The position numbers and the translations under genes were made by a program. 64,000 nt of DNA from Owenia fusiformis. Lineage: Eukaryota. Shown here piece by piece: positions 52,366 to 64,000 of the stretch. The stretch spans positions 6,014,001 to 6,078,000 of the forward strand of contig CAIIXF020000001.1 of the NCBI GenBank assembly GCA_903813345.2, given 5' to 3'. The notes beneath the pieces were generated by a model that ran no database searches, was not told the origin of the DNA, and saw only the letters and a program-made list of their open reading frames with translations. The stretch's first letter is position 1. Each line of letters begins with the position of its first letter.

Positions 52366-52406
52366 CTGGGAATCTTGGTTGGTTGAACGTTTGAACTCTG
52401 AAGGGG
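52366..52406 (-). CDS. DUF3715 gene, putative 41-nt exon
   Basis: tcttttttcatcag|PFRVQTFNQPRFP|gtctaa; phases 2/1 fit. Confidence 0.65.
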
Positions 52407-54733
52407 CTGATGAAAAAAGACATATTCAAGAAAACACACAGATGGCTAACAAATAAGTTAGATAGGCAAGATATTATATAGAGTAGCTTGCAAGATGAAA
52501 GATTAAGTTTGCAGAAAGAAACAACAGCAAGTTAAACCTTTGTATCATTTTCTAATTGGAATCATCAATTATATCAATACTGCCATTATCATAAATCAAA
52601 ATGAAAAATGAAGAGATAAAATTAATAATTTTGGTTAGGAAAAATGATACAAAACGGGAAAGCAGAGTTGATGAATGTCATAACCAGTACTCTAACATAG
52701 TAGACATTATGAATTGTACTACTGGTTTTGACATGTTTCGAAAAGACAAGAGATAGACAAGATTAAGTATCTATGAAAAAATGAAACCTTTTTGAATTTT
52801 GGTCAATCCCTCTAGACTAAGTTTCATTAGGTCATAATTCAGAAAGAGATGTGATAAAAATCAGATACTTCAAAGAGCTGTTTGCATGCCACATTTTGCT
52901 CATATGAATGTAGCGGATTTATATCATTAAAAGACAGAACTAAAATGAAAGAATGAAACTGACCCTTGTTCATGGTTGATTATACCTAGATCCTTTGTTA
53001 TAGAGGGTGCTGTTTAAAAAAGTACAGTAAATAATTGGTAAAAATCAGTAGCTTGGCAGCATTATGCAGACTGCCGTTTAAAACATTAATGTGTGGCGCA
53101 CCAGATGTAAACATATAGCATAGACATTCAGACCATAGACTTATGGACACCATCTAACATTTACACTATCATCTTCAAATTAATCATTATCATCAAATAT
53201 AAACACAAAATTATTTTATTCCAATCAAATAGAAATCAAAAATGTATATATTGTACATAATATTCAAGATATAATCATAATTTGAAGATGGCAGGTTTAG
53301 TAGATAGCATTCTAATCTCATGTATCATCAATCAGTCAATTATATATAACAATTACATGTATTAGAAATGTTATTTTTATCTTCTTTCTAGGGCTTAGTT
53401 GCACAAAGCCAATTAGACTAAAACCTCGAGAGTGCTCATCCTATTGATTTTATAATCTCTGTTTTCTATCTGTTTTACAATGTCCAGATTAAAGTAGAAA
53501 GAATCGCCTTGCCTGATACATATTGAATTTTTTTAATGACTTTCTGTATTTAACTTGATAGAAACATGCTTAAAAAGACTCTTCAGATCACGCAACATTG
53601 AGCTGAGATACAGGGGGTCGGTTTACACATAGGGGTTGTAAATCAATATATTCCAATCCAGTTCTCGCTAATGTGACATATGGATATATCTTGCATAGGA
53701 ATTAGGCATGATGATTTATTTTCTAGAAACTCATTCTCCAAGCAAATTATTGAATATTGAATTTTTTTTATGTTCTGAATCTCAAGAAATAATGCCTACT
53801 GTTCTGGCTTTGTTTTCTCAATGTGGGGCACTTAGGTCAATTCCGTATTTCTCCAGGCTATATTTGTATTCAATTCCTTATTCCGGAATCTAATTCAGTT
53901 TTATTGAACTTTTTGAAGAGGGAAAGCATTCATAGATTGTGTATAATTCCATAATGACATGACAAAGTGTAGATTTATCGATCTTTTTTTGTTCAGATTT
54001 TGTTCTGGTATCAAATAGATCTTACAGTTATGGCAGTTTAATAATCCACTGATTTGGACTCATAATTGAAATGATTTTCCTACTTACAGATAAACTTAGT
54101 TCGGTGTAATTTATAGGAGGAAGGAAAAGCACTGCATTTTTATGATTCATTTATCAACTAAATGGATAGAAATCCAGAGATTACAATGAACAATCCAGGA
54201 ATTCTAAATAGAGGGTAGTCCAGTAAATGAATAATACTCATGAAAAATTTAATCATTCTGAATAATATTATTTTTTATAGGCATATCAGCTGTTGTCCTG
54301 ATTCTGACTATGAGGCTGTTAGAACTTTCATTCTTAATTGAGCAGCAGAAGCAACATTTCTTCACCTATTGTTCTTGAACAATTTCATTTTTCTCGCTTC
54401 AATAGTAAAATTGACATTTAATTCAAGTTGGCAAGTCAATTATTGAAGAGTACTTTTGGGCTGACACTCCATTTCTCCTAGAAGTACAGTGGGAATTCAG
54501 CAAAGAATTATGTGTTAAACGTTGCATTGTTATTATGCCTTAGAGTCATTACCAGGAGTGAATATTAGATCACATGTCAATGCTAAATGTCTTGTTGAGA
54601 TTCATATAAATGGGAGTGTTACGGTTGATTGGAGATGGGCCAAATATTTACTGTTTGACTGATTGACTAAGCTGACTGATTGATGATACAATGATCACTG
54701 ATTGTTCAGTAACTGAAGATCTGTGTGTACTAC

Positions 54734-54748
54734 CTTTGGTCTGTCCAG
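54734..54748 (-). CDS. DUF3715 gene, putative 15-nt microexon
   Basis: attag|CTGGACAGACCAAAG|gtagta; frame-neutral; weak acceptor. Confidence 0.35.
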
Positions 54749-57094
54749 CTAATCTTTATATACTACATATAATTCTATTCAAAATAATCACAAAATAAAC
54801 TATAAATGAGAATTTTGGCATAATTGAAAATTAAATATACAAATGTATAAAGGAAATCAGTAATGAATTTTAGGAAGTAAAGCTTTTCAATATAAAAGAA
54901 GAGAGGTATACTTGTAGTGACTATAAATAAGTCCAGAGCTTTTAACAGGCATTTGCTATGCATGGAAGTGTCAAATGAGAGTTACAAATGCTCTTAGGTA
55001 AAAATAATTTCATCGAATCAACTAATAGAAAAATAGCTTCAGGAAATATCACTGAACATGATTTAAAAGCTGAACAGACCATTGCATCCCTAAAATGATG
55101 TAATCATATAAAAGGAAAATATATTCAAAGCACATATATAATTACATTGATGCAACATGTAATATTATAATAGGAGATTTAGCTATAAATGTAATTGTAT
55201 CTACAACTATCATTTTGTGATAATCAAAATAAACAAAACGTCCACCAAAAACTGCAAATAGAGTTGTATAAAGTAAAGAATAAAACTAGACATTGAATAA
55301 TGATGATTGTGATACAATTATAGATATAACTTGTGATTATTTATCAAATACACACCACTAAATGTAAACCAAAGTGATTTGAAGGTCAGAGAATATGAAT
55401 ATGCATGAAACCTTTCAATGGATCTTCCTTCAAACCACTTCAGATAACAGCATTGATTAAAAGTCTTTGACAAAATACATTAAATCCTAATTCTAAAATA
55501 ATATCATTAACATACATAATGAGGCACCAAAAATGAAAAAAGTTCTGGCAAAATATAATGCATGAAGATCCATGCATTCCAATGACAAAAAACACAGAGA
55601 CACCTATTGGACAAGATCATCTAATTGTTAATTAACTATCGAGGAGAAAAATATTAGAATTTTTGCTACAAGATTCAAAATGGAATTGAAAAATTGAAAA
55701 AAATGTCAGAAGATCACGGCACCAGTTTCCAATCTGCAATTCTCTGCAAATAAGAAATGACATAAACATGTATAGAGTACAGTACAGGCAAATCAACTGA
55801 ACATTTCATTCATACAAATGAAAAATACTAACATTTTGAAATTGTTATAAAACAAAATGAATAAGCAATAAAAATGTTTCAAATATAACTATATTCAAAC
55901 AATTTTATTGAAAAAATAATTAAAAGCATAGGCTAGTTTAAATAAATATTAAAGAAAAATTTTGAATATGATATTTTCGATTAAAGCTGAATATCAGAAA
56001 ATATCAATCAAACATATAAAAAATAAAATCCACCATTGAAAAATATTGATTTCAATTATTTTCATAAATCAAAAAAGAATTGGTATAATGCAGTAAATAT
56101 AAAATTTTAGTAGAAATTGACAATCACCTAAATAAGCCTTTTTGAAATAACAGAATAATATTGATTTTAGGATGACAGATGTTGACAATTGAAGATTAAA
56201 ACTATTAGGAAAACAATAGAATGAAAACATGTAAATGAAATCTTGACATGTGTGAATATAACAACATGAACCATCTGGCAATATGGTAATCAGCATAAAG
56301 GAAAACCCATAAATCTATTTTCATATTACAGTGTTGTTCAGTTTCAGCGTTTAACAAAAAGATTTCTCAACCTGCATGTTAGGTTTATTTAATGTAAAAT
56401 GTTTACACTGTGTACTCAGACTGGATCTTCAATGCGATACAACTTTGCTTGATCAGTTTCAACTTAAATAAATTTAACACAAAGATTCTTTGTTGATGAA
56501 AAAAAGCTAAAATCTTGATTCAATAAATCTAAATTTCTACAGTATACACCCTTAAACAAATGTAAGCCCTGTCTACACAATCCTACTACCATTATATTTT
56601 ATAAAGCCCACTTGTTTAGAAGGTTAAAAAAACCTGTAAACATTTTCAATGTTAATTTCATGAATTTAAATGGATGAATTACATTTTTGAAATAAATGAT
56701 TTAAGTGATTCATTTAGTCTTAGAATTGAACTTTCTATAGCACCGATGTACTCAACTTCCTAAAAGGACCTATTTTTTACGTATTTTGCATTGAATAGAT
56801 CACAATAATAGTAACCACCAAACCAAAATTGTAAGTGCATGACATTATCTAGACTTATTCTATATTTCATGACAAAAATGTTTGCTCCATGTTAAAGTAT
56901 TATCTCACTATAACGCAAGTCAACAACAATTCATACAATTAATTTTATCAGCTCCTAAAACAGACATTAAAAATAAATGTCAATAATATGCATACCTTGA
57001 AGCAAATCTTATCGCCCATCTGACCTGCTAGGGAAAAATATCCTGATTAGTTGATATCGGGCGATGAGTAAATGACATAAGAAACATATCCTAC

Positions 57095-57131
57095 CTTATA
57101 TGGTGAAGCCGAGACACTGACTGAGCCAGGT
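57095..57131 (-). CDS. DUF3715 gene, putative 37-nt exon
   Basis: tttatag|DLAQSVSRLHHI|gtagga; phases 1/2 fit. Confidence 0.55.
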
Positions 57132-58109
57132 CTATAAATGCTCCAGCTTTTGTAAAGACTATTCGAATAATTACCTCAGACTCGTATAGTACAAATCAAT
57201 ACTGTTCAATTACCAAGACTTGAAGCAGGGGAATCACTTTCCAATTTATATTTTATCAACTTATAATTATCACTCCCATATTGGCCCTGATAAGTGGTCA
57301 ATAATTCATCACAAAATGTTAAGAATCCACACCTTGTAATATGTGTTCCCAGCCATGTCATTCCAGTCATATCAAGTAGCAATTGAAATACAAGACTGAT
57401 GCAGAGACAAGGTGGATAATTGAAATTTTCAAGCAAATCTAATCTTGATAGCATTTATGTGTGTGACAAAGTTATGGTTGGGGATTCACCTAATGTTTAT
57501 CTCAAGATTGTGTGGACAAGTATCACTAACTGTTATAAGGAGGCTCGGCAGAGGCCTCCTATCAATATTACCATATTTTTCTTCAAATTGATCAAATCTA
57601 TTTTCAGAAATCATCTACTAAGTCTCAGGACTTTAAATCTTAGATTTGAAAAGTGACTTTCAGTGACCTTCGAAAAGTAAAAAGCTGATTTTTCAAAAAA
57701 GCTTTATTTTCAAATTGAACAAACCTTTTTTAACATCATCTACAAGTTGCCAGGAGTTCCAAAATGACCCTAAAGATGTGACCTTTGAATGACTATCAAA
57801 TTGTCAAATTCACCTACAGGACCTCTTTAGGATTTCCAAAACTACCTTAGATTTGACCTTCAAACATAAATTCACCTATGAGGCCTCCGTAAGATTGCTT
57901 GCAATCTTAATGTTTACTTTTTTTAATAAATACCCTCACTGCTAAACAACTACAGAAACGACCTTATATTACAGACTTAAATTATTAATGTTATTGGGAA
58001 AAGAAAAACATTTCTGGTGAATCATGTTACATCTAAGGAAAATTTCAGGAAGTGAGTCTAATGGACTAGTATTCAGTGTAAAAGATAAAATATAGTACTT
58101 TTACCAAAC

Positions 58110-58129
58110 CTGAAGATGCAGCATTGATC
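58110..58129 (-). CDS. DUF3715 gene, putative 20-nt exon
   Basis: gttacag|G ATC AAT GCT GCA TCT TCA G|gtttgg; phases 2/1 fit. Confidence 0.5.
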
Positions 58130-61100
58130 CTGTAACATATAAAACACATTTAAATCATTATTCTTCCCCAAACCAGCATCGATTTCTGCCACTAACTCCC
58201 ACTTGAATGTGTTTGATCATTAGACCTATTCATCCCATGGGGAGAAAGATGCCACTTGAATCTAAATGAACTGGTCTCAAACTCTCTGACACAGTTAGTC
58301 TATCTTAAACGTTATTGCTTTGGTAACATCAACTGACAAAATATTACCCAAATGAAGAAATCGTGTCATATGAACACCATTTAATATTGAATTCAATATT
58401 GATCAAATATCATCTGCAATGGAGTTAACTAATTTCAAAATATTAAACCCAGCCAGGCATTATGCATTTCCAATCGAACACCTTAATGTGAAAATGCTCT
58501 TTAAAAGAAAGGATAGACAACTTTTAAATTCAGTGCACACTGAATCAGTATTCTGGAACACTCAATCTAATGGACAGTAAACTTTATACAAGCATTATAG
58601 GCCTCATCATAGGCCCTTATGTCATGCTAATCACGCAGCGCCCTAAAAGGCTATTTTTCTCCAATAATCTCACAAAATGAGAAAGTAATGAAAATATATT
58701 GGCCATAGCACTGCTGTGGAAACATCACCCTGGAGATAGAGCATCAATTCTAAGTACAAAGCTGAAATTCCAATTAAATATATGAATGACGAGACAAAGA
58801 GAAAATATAATCCTTTCAATAGATATTCTCAAATGATATCCAAGCAGACCCATCCATATGAAGGAGGTCATTAACAGATTTAGCAATTTTCTTAGCTGAC
58901 TTTCTCTAACCTGTTTTACCAAAATCACCGGTATTCAAGCAAAAGTGTGTGGTTCGGACCGATTTCGGACAAATGGCATGGCCCTATGTAAAACCCATCT
59001 ATATATAATATGTTTTCATCAGATATAAAAACGAATGCTGCTTTATAAAGAGACAATCTATGAATCTATAATACTATACGTCCATGCAATAATAAGTTCA
59101 TTTCATAAATGCTAAGCTTTGTCAAATTCAATTTCCAAATCTAAATGAATTGAATCAATTTCCAGATGTGATATACAGGAGAATCTGGTAGCTATGGTAA
59201 CTGTCTCCCTTCAATGCTCTATTTCTAATTTAAAAGATAATGTAACATCCTCTCTATAATTTACAGCTGATTATTCTGAAGTGCATGTTTGAATACTAAA
59301 ATCACACGAATGGTGCAACATGACATTCACCAGAACATCTATTAGAGAAATATACAAATCTTACATGTATGTCATCCTACTCCAGCCAGATTTTACAAAA
59401 GTTTTGAACATATAAAAATCGGTGCCATCAACTTTTACTTAAAATAAACATTTTGATTATCCATGTTAGGGAATATAGGTGAGTAGGGGATTAAAATGCT
59501 GCATTATCTCCAGAACTGAACAACAGGACCTTTTAATTTTTGCATACTGGAAAGTTCAATTATTAATGTTGATTTTGAGAAAATAAAAATCGTAGGTTTC
59601 TGACTTCATTTCACCAAAGTGCAACAAAAATACATTAAAAATGCCATTGCTGGGTACAATTCATTAAATCTATCAAAATTATATATCAATATAATATAAA
59701 AAATATTTTTCAAAAGTATGATATTATGAAATTTATATGTGCTAGAGCTGAACACTCATCAAATCATTGCTCCTATAATGGTTCAGGGCTGGCAGGGATG
59801 ATGAGTTTATCACACAAGTAGCCAGCATGGTGCAATGTTCTAAAAGCCATATGGTTTATAAGCTACAGACTGAGGAATTGGATATTCAATTTACCAAGTC
59901 ATTATCATGGAAAATTACATTTGTATCATTACTAAAATTCCTATTGAGTTTGACAGTCTATAAAGCATTTTCCAATATTCTGCCATAAATGATCAAGAAT
60001 GGTAAAGTTATAAATATTACCATTTGAGAATTGGCATTTTGTGTGACCCTCTAAACACATCTTAACATCCCTGTGGGTTTAGATTACATATTGACAGACT
60101 GTAGATTGATCTCTACTGTCCCACTAAAATCCCAGATCGGTTCTAAAAACAGAATTTATATCGATTTTGTTTGGGTCAACAAGGTTGATTAAGGTTTTGC
60201 TTCAAGGAGGCTGATTTGGTTATATTACTAGAAGTCATCGTGAATTCACCATATGGCAGAGAGGAAAATGGTCTAAATATCAGGCAATTTGGCAGGGAAA
60301 TTGCATGTGTTTATAGTTTACAGTTTACCACACTTCCTATCTAAACTTCCTTTTGGTAGCACACATTAGCCTGTGATATCAAAACATTCACAAAGGAGCA
60401 ACAAAGTACAGACAATTCTTAAAAATAGGAAGTGTTTTGATATTTGATGATAATGCATGATTCAAATGTTTTTGATCATCTTAATTGTTTGTTCCTGAGC
60501 TAAATCCATTCCTTGAAAGTATACAGCCAAGTTTTATATTGATTTCAGCTGATGAAAGAGCATTTGGGTTATGAACCTAACAACCCCTAGAGGACTAATG
60601 AATGCTTATTAACAGTATGGGACAAATTAGTAGCAAGATTCACATGAATAAATGATGAGAGTAAGACAATTGAAGAATTTAGCATGTTAATACATACTTT
60701 AGTTCCCCTAACATCCACCCTTTGTAGAATATCATTAACCGGTTGCAATTTCTCTGGAGCCCATTTACGAGTTAGGAATAATAGCCGTATTCGCAGTTGC
60801 TAAGCACTGTTTTACAAGACAAATGAATCTCAAAAAGACATAGAAATTGATCTACCCAGTAGCCTGAGGTATAAGCTTAGATTCAATGCAGCCTTATGCT
60901 TCAAGTATTGTAATTTGAAAGTGAAGCTAAGCTGTATATATGGGAATGATCAGAAGATTCTGTTATTAGCCGACATAAGGACCAGAATGTTATTCCAGAT
61001 AAAATGACATTATAAGATCCACATCACTAAAACACACATCAAAGTTGGTTCAAAAATGCAAATTATATTCTGAATATCAGTTGCACGATTTGTACATAAT

Positions 61101-61963
61101 TACAGTGTTTTATTGTGTACATTTCACAAAGCATACTTGGTCCGAATCAATACTAACTAGCATTCTCACGTAGCCCATAATACTGACTCGATTAGATGCA
61201 ATGAATGGGAAGACAAACAAGTGAAAGTCAATGGTTTAGACTATGTTAATACATTTGTTGCAATGACGTTATTCTTAATATTGATTGAGGACAGATCAAT
61301 TGATGGTAGAATGAATATTCTAAGCATATTTCAACATAAAACAAGCTGTGACAACAATAGAATATAAAATTGTTGAAACATTCATTTTAATTTTGAGAAA
61401 TGGAACATTATACACTTTGTCTAATTTTGTTTCAGTAAAGTTTAAATAATTAAATAATAAACATTCTGATCAAGAAAAAATGAAAGAAACTCATTTGGTA
61501 TCTGGTTGTTATAAGGGTATGGATACTTTTGCTGCATGCTGTTTACATAAATATGTATATTATGCAGTAACATAATGTAAACAGTCCAATTTATTCTTCA
61601 TTTTACAATGATATACCAAAAATTTCAAGAGAGTAGAGTAGCACTTACATCAAATGCAAAAAGTTTAGCCATTGGTATACAAAAAGTAAATGTCATATAT
61701 TTTATACAGCGCAAAATCTAAATCTTGAAACAAACCTCCTATCATTAAAATATATGCCATCTATAACTTTTCAATTCTAATAAGTTTGAAGTGTAAAACT
61801 GTAAAATGTAAAAGCAACATTGATACCATGTACCACACTTGAAGAAATGTCTATTTTGATATGTCATGTTTGTTATTAGACCCATTTATTAGACTTCATC
61901 CACCGGAAGTAGCAGTATCTTGATAGATTTCTTTAATTAGGAGAAGAAATACATGAGAATAAT

Positions 61964-62226
61964 CACTAGTAGATCCAGGGGGAGGGAGAAAGCTCCCCCC
62001 CCATGCCCCCCCCTTAGGGTAGGACCAAAAAAGTTTTAGGCCCCAGAAATTTTGTAGGGCCTCAATAAATGAACCTTTTCGGACATAACTTGGCCTTTTT
62101 ATGCCAAATTATCAAAAATGGGGCTTTTCAAAATGTGGGCCCAATTTTGGTTAAAGGGGCCCAGATGTTTTTCCCTTTCTGACTTGAAATGTGCCTCCCC
62201 CTTGTTAGCTTCTGGATCTGCCAGTG
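61964..62226. mobile_element. GGGCCC-rich MITE, CACT...AGTG termini, 5-bp TSD
   Basis: cactagtagatccag ... ctggatctgccagtg; ATAAT at 61959-61963 and 62227-62231. Confidence 0.75.
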
Positions 62227-62660
62227 ATAATAGCTATTATTGAGGGTTCAGGCAACAAATAACAATTTTTGCAACTAATTAGAAAGAAAAAACAGGTGGA
62301 TATGAAAACCCTGACATAGAGCACATTATAAAGATAGTCTACATCTGTGATATGTATTTTAAAGATTTAACTCCTTCCACTTTTGAGGTTTTCCTTCCTT
62401 GTATGAAATTGTGTTAAATATATATTTATACCCTTGCATCTTTACTCTACATGAAGGATTACTCCAATGCCCTATGGCTTAGTGTCCACCATGCTCAATT
62501 CCTCCCCCCCACGAATTACATTCATGCTCTATTGTTTCTCGAATTCACTGATTAATTATTACAAAAAAACATAATTCAAGCAAAGTTGTATCATATGAAT
62601 ATAAAATCTATCTAGTGTGAACATCTGTTTTGCATTTGAAATTTTAGTTTGAATTAATAT

Positions 62661-63007
62661 TCGAACATGACTGTATTCACCTCTTCTATAAACTGTAAAC
62701 AAAGTCAACATTTCACCCGGGGTATATTCGCGAACAATACCCCTGGTAATACAAGTAATGTGTGCGCCATAACAGTGGGCTGTAGTAAGGGCGGACAATA
62801 ATGAATATTCTAAACATTTTGGTGAGTTTTCATGTTCGAATCTTAATACAGACCTCAGAGCAGGGGTAATATAGTCAAATACACCCCTTAGGGCTAGGCA
62901 CAAAAGCTTTCGAACTTCTCACTCCCTTCGGTCATTCAGGGTACACATTTGTGCCTAGCCCTGCGGGGTGTATTACCCCTGCTCTTCGGTCTATATTTCT
63001 TAAATAA
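62661..63007 (-). mobile_element. Second copy of the interspersed repeat at 14907-15240
   Basis: Reverse-complement homology. Confidence 0.75.
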
Positions 63008-63854
63008 CCTACATGAATCAAAATAACCTTTTAGATCCCTCTAGTTGACCAAAACATTCATGGCAAAGATGACAATGAAAAAAACTTGGTCATGGACCCT
63101 CTATAAGCTAATGTCACAATGATGTTAGTTTATTTACAAAAAATAAAGACCAGCCTTGTATATATTAGGAATCAGTCACCATAAAGTAACTATATGATCC
63201 TTATAACTGATGCATGTAAGTTAAATCAAACCCCCATGATTCACCATGGGGTCTTCTAAATGGTCATGGTTTTACTTTCAACAAAATATTTAATATTTGA
63301 ATGAATCCTGAAGTAAAGAGTACATAGCAGAATGCAGTCTGAGTACATGGTATTGTAATGACCTTTTCAGTAGTATTTGCATGTGTTAAGCAACACAAGA
63401 ATTTGTTTAAAGCAGGACTGCTCATTATAACACTGGCCATTTCAAATGCTGCTGGAGTAATTCAAAGTAAATTTTAATTGTTCTGATCTCCACTTGAAGG
63501 AAGTGTTAGTTGTCACTCGTTATTTTTTTGTGACTGAAATTCCCGTCATAATTTTCCTGCTCATCACCCTACATTTAATTTCCTGATTTTGAGAGAGTAT
63601 GTTTCAAAAAATAAAATGAGGCAAATTCGAAGGTAGTATCAAATTACTTTAAAGAAGTTGATTTTGAATTATGAAGTACAGACATGACTTCAAGATCACC
63701 AAAAAGTCAAGGTACATATTTATTACTCCCGTCGAGAGCTACCATGTTAGATTTTGAAAGTATAGTTCTCTATCGCTAGAATCAACAGCTTAAGAATCCT
63801 GACTTCAAAGAAAATTCCGGGGAATTCAGCTGACTCATGTTGCACATTATATAC

Positions 63855-63886
63855 CTGAAAATGTATCCTACATCGCCATCTTTCAT
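63855..63886 (-). CDS. DUF3715 gene, putative first coding exon
   Basis: ATG AAA GAT GGC GAT GTA GGA TAC ATT TTC AG|gtatat in a CpG-richer region next to a YY1-like motif (63977); phase 2 fits the exon chain. Confidence 0.5.
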
Positions 63887-64000
63887 TCAGCTCAACTATA
63901 GAACGTCTCACTGCCCTATGTATCGATCAGGACTTCATTTTATTGGTCGTGTCAAACGTTTTGGCCAGGTATATTCAATATGGCGGCTTGACGTTTCCCA

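Noticed and set aside
48000-62000. Numerous 60-80 aa ORFs in long introns
   Set aside because: AT-rich random ORFs, many with non-ATG starts, and no domain signal.

Overview
AT-rich eukaryotic animal genomic DNA, intron-rich and dense in transposable elements. It looks like a marine invertebrate, possibly a lophotrochozoan, which is an inference from gene and repeat content only. Three spliced protein-coding genes can be rebuilt from GT-AG sites with consistent phases. (1) The 3' part of USP5/USP13 (+, 8 exons, 6020-13843). (2) A ~970-aa NWD1/NWD2-like STAND protein (-, 28079-16604) with a DUF4062/TIR-like domain and NACHT but no WD40 repeats. (3) A ~700-aa TASOR/TEX15-type DUF3715 (pseudo-PARP) protein (-, 63886-42276) with an N-terminus built from microexons and a long P/Q/G-rich tail. 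Between genes 2 and 3 lies a young Ngaro/DIRS-type tyrosine-recombinase retrotransposon. It has intact gag and RT/RNaseH ORFs, identical 169-bp direct repeats, a -1 frameshift heptamer, an apparent in-frame splice joining the Gag N-terminus to the YR ORF, and a deleted YR catalytic domain. Other notable items are two tandem arrays that amplify splice sites, a homologous promoter/first-exon segment shared by genes 2 and 3, several MITEs with 5-bp TSDs (some with Transib-like CAC...GTG ends), Kolobok-like and Helentron/HINE-like non-autonomous elements, and a decayed Gypsy integrase.
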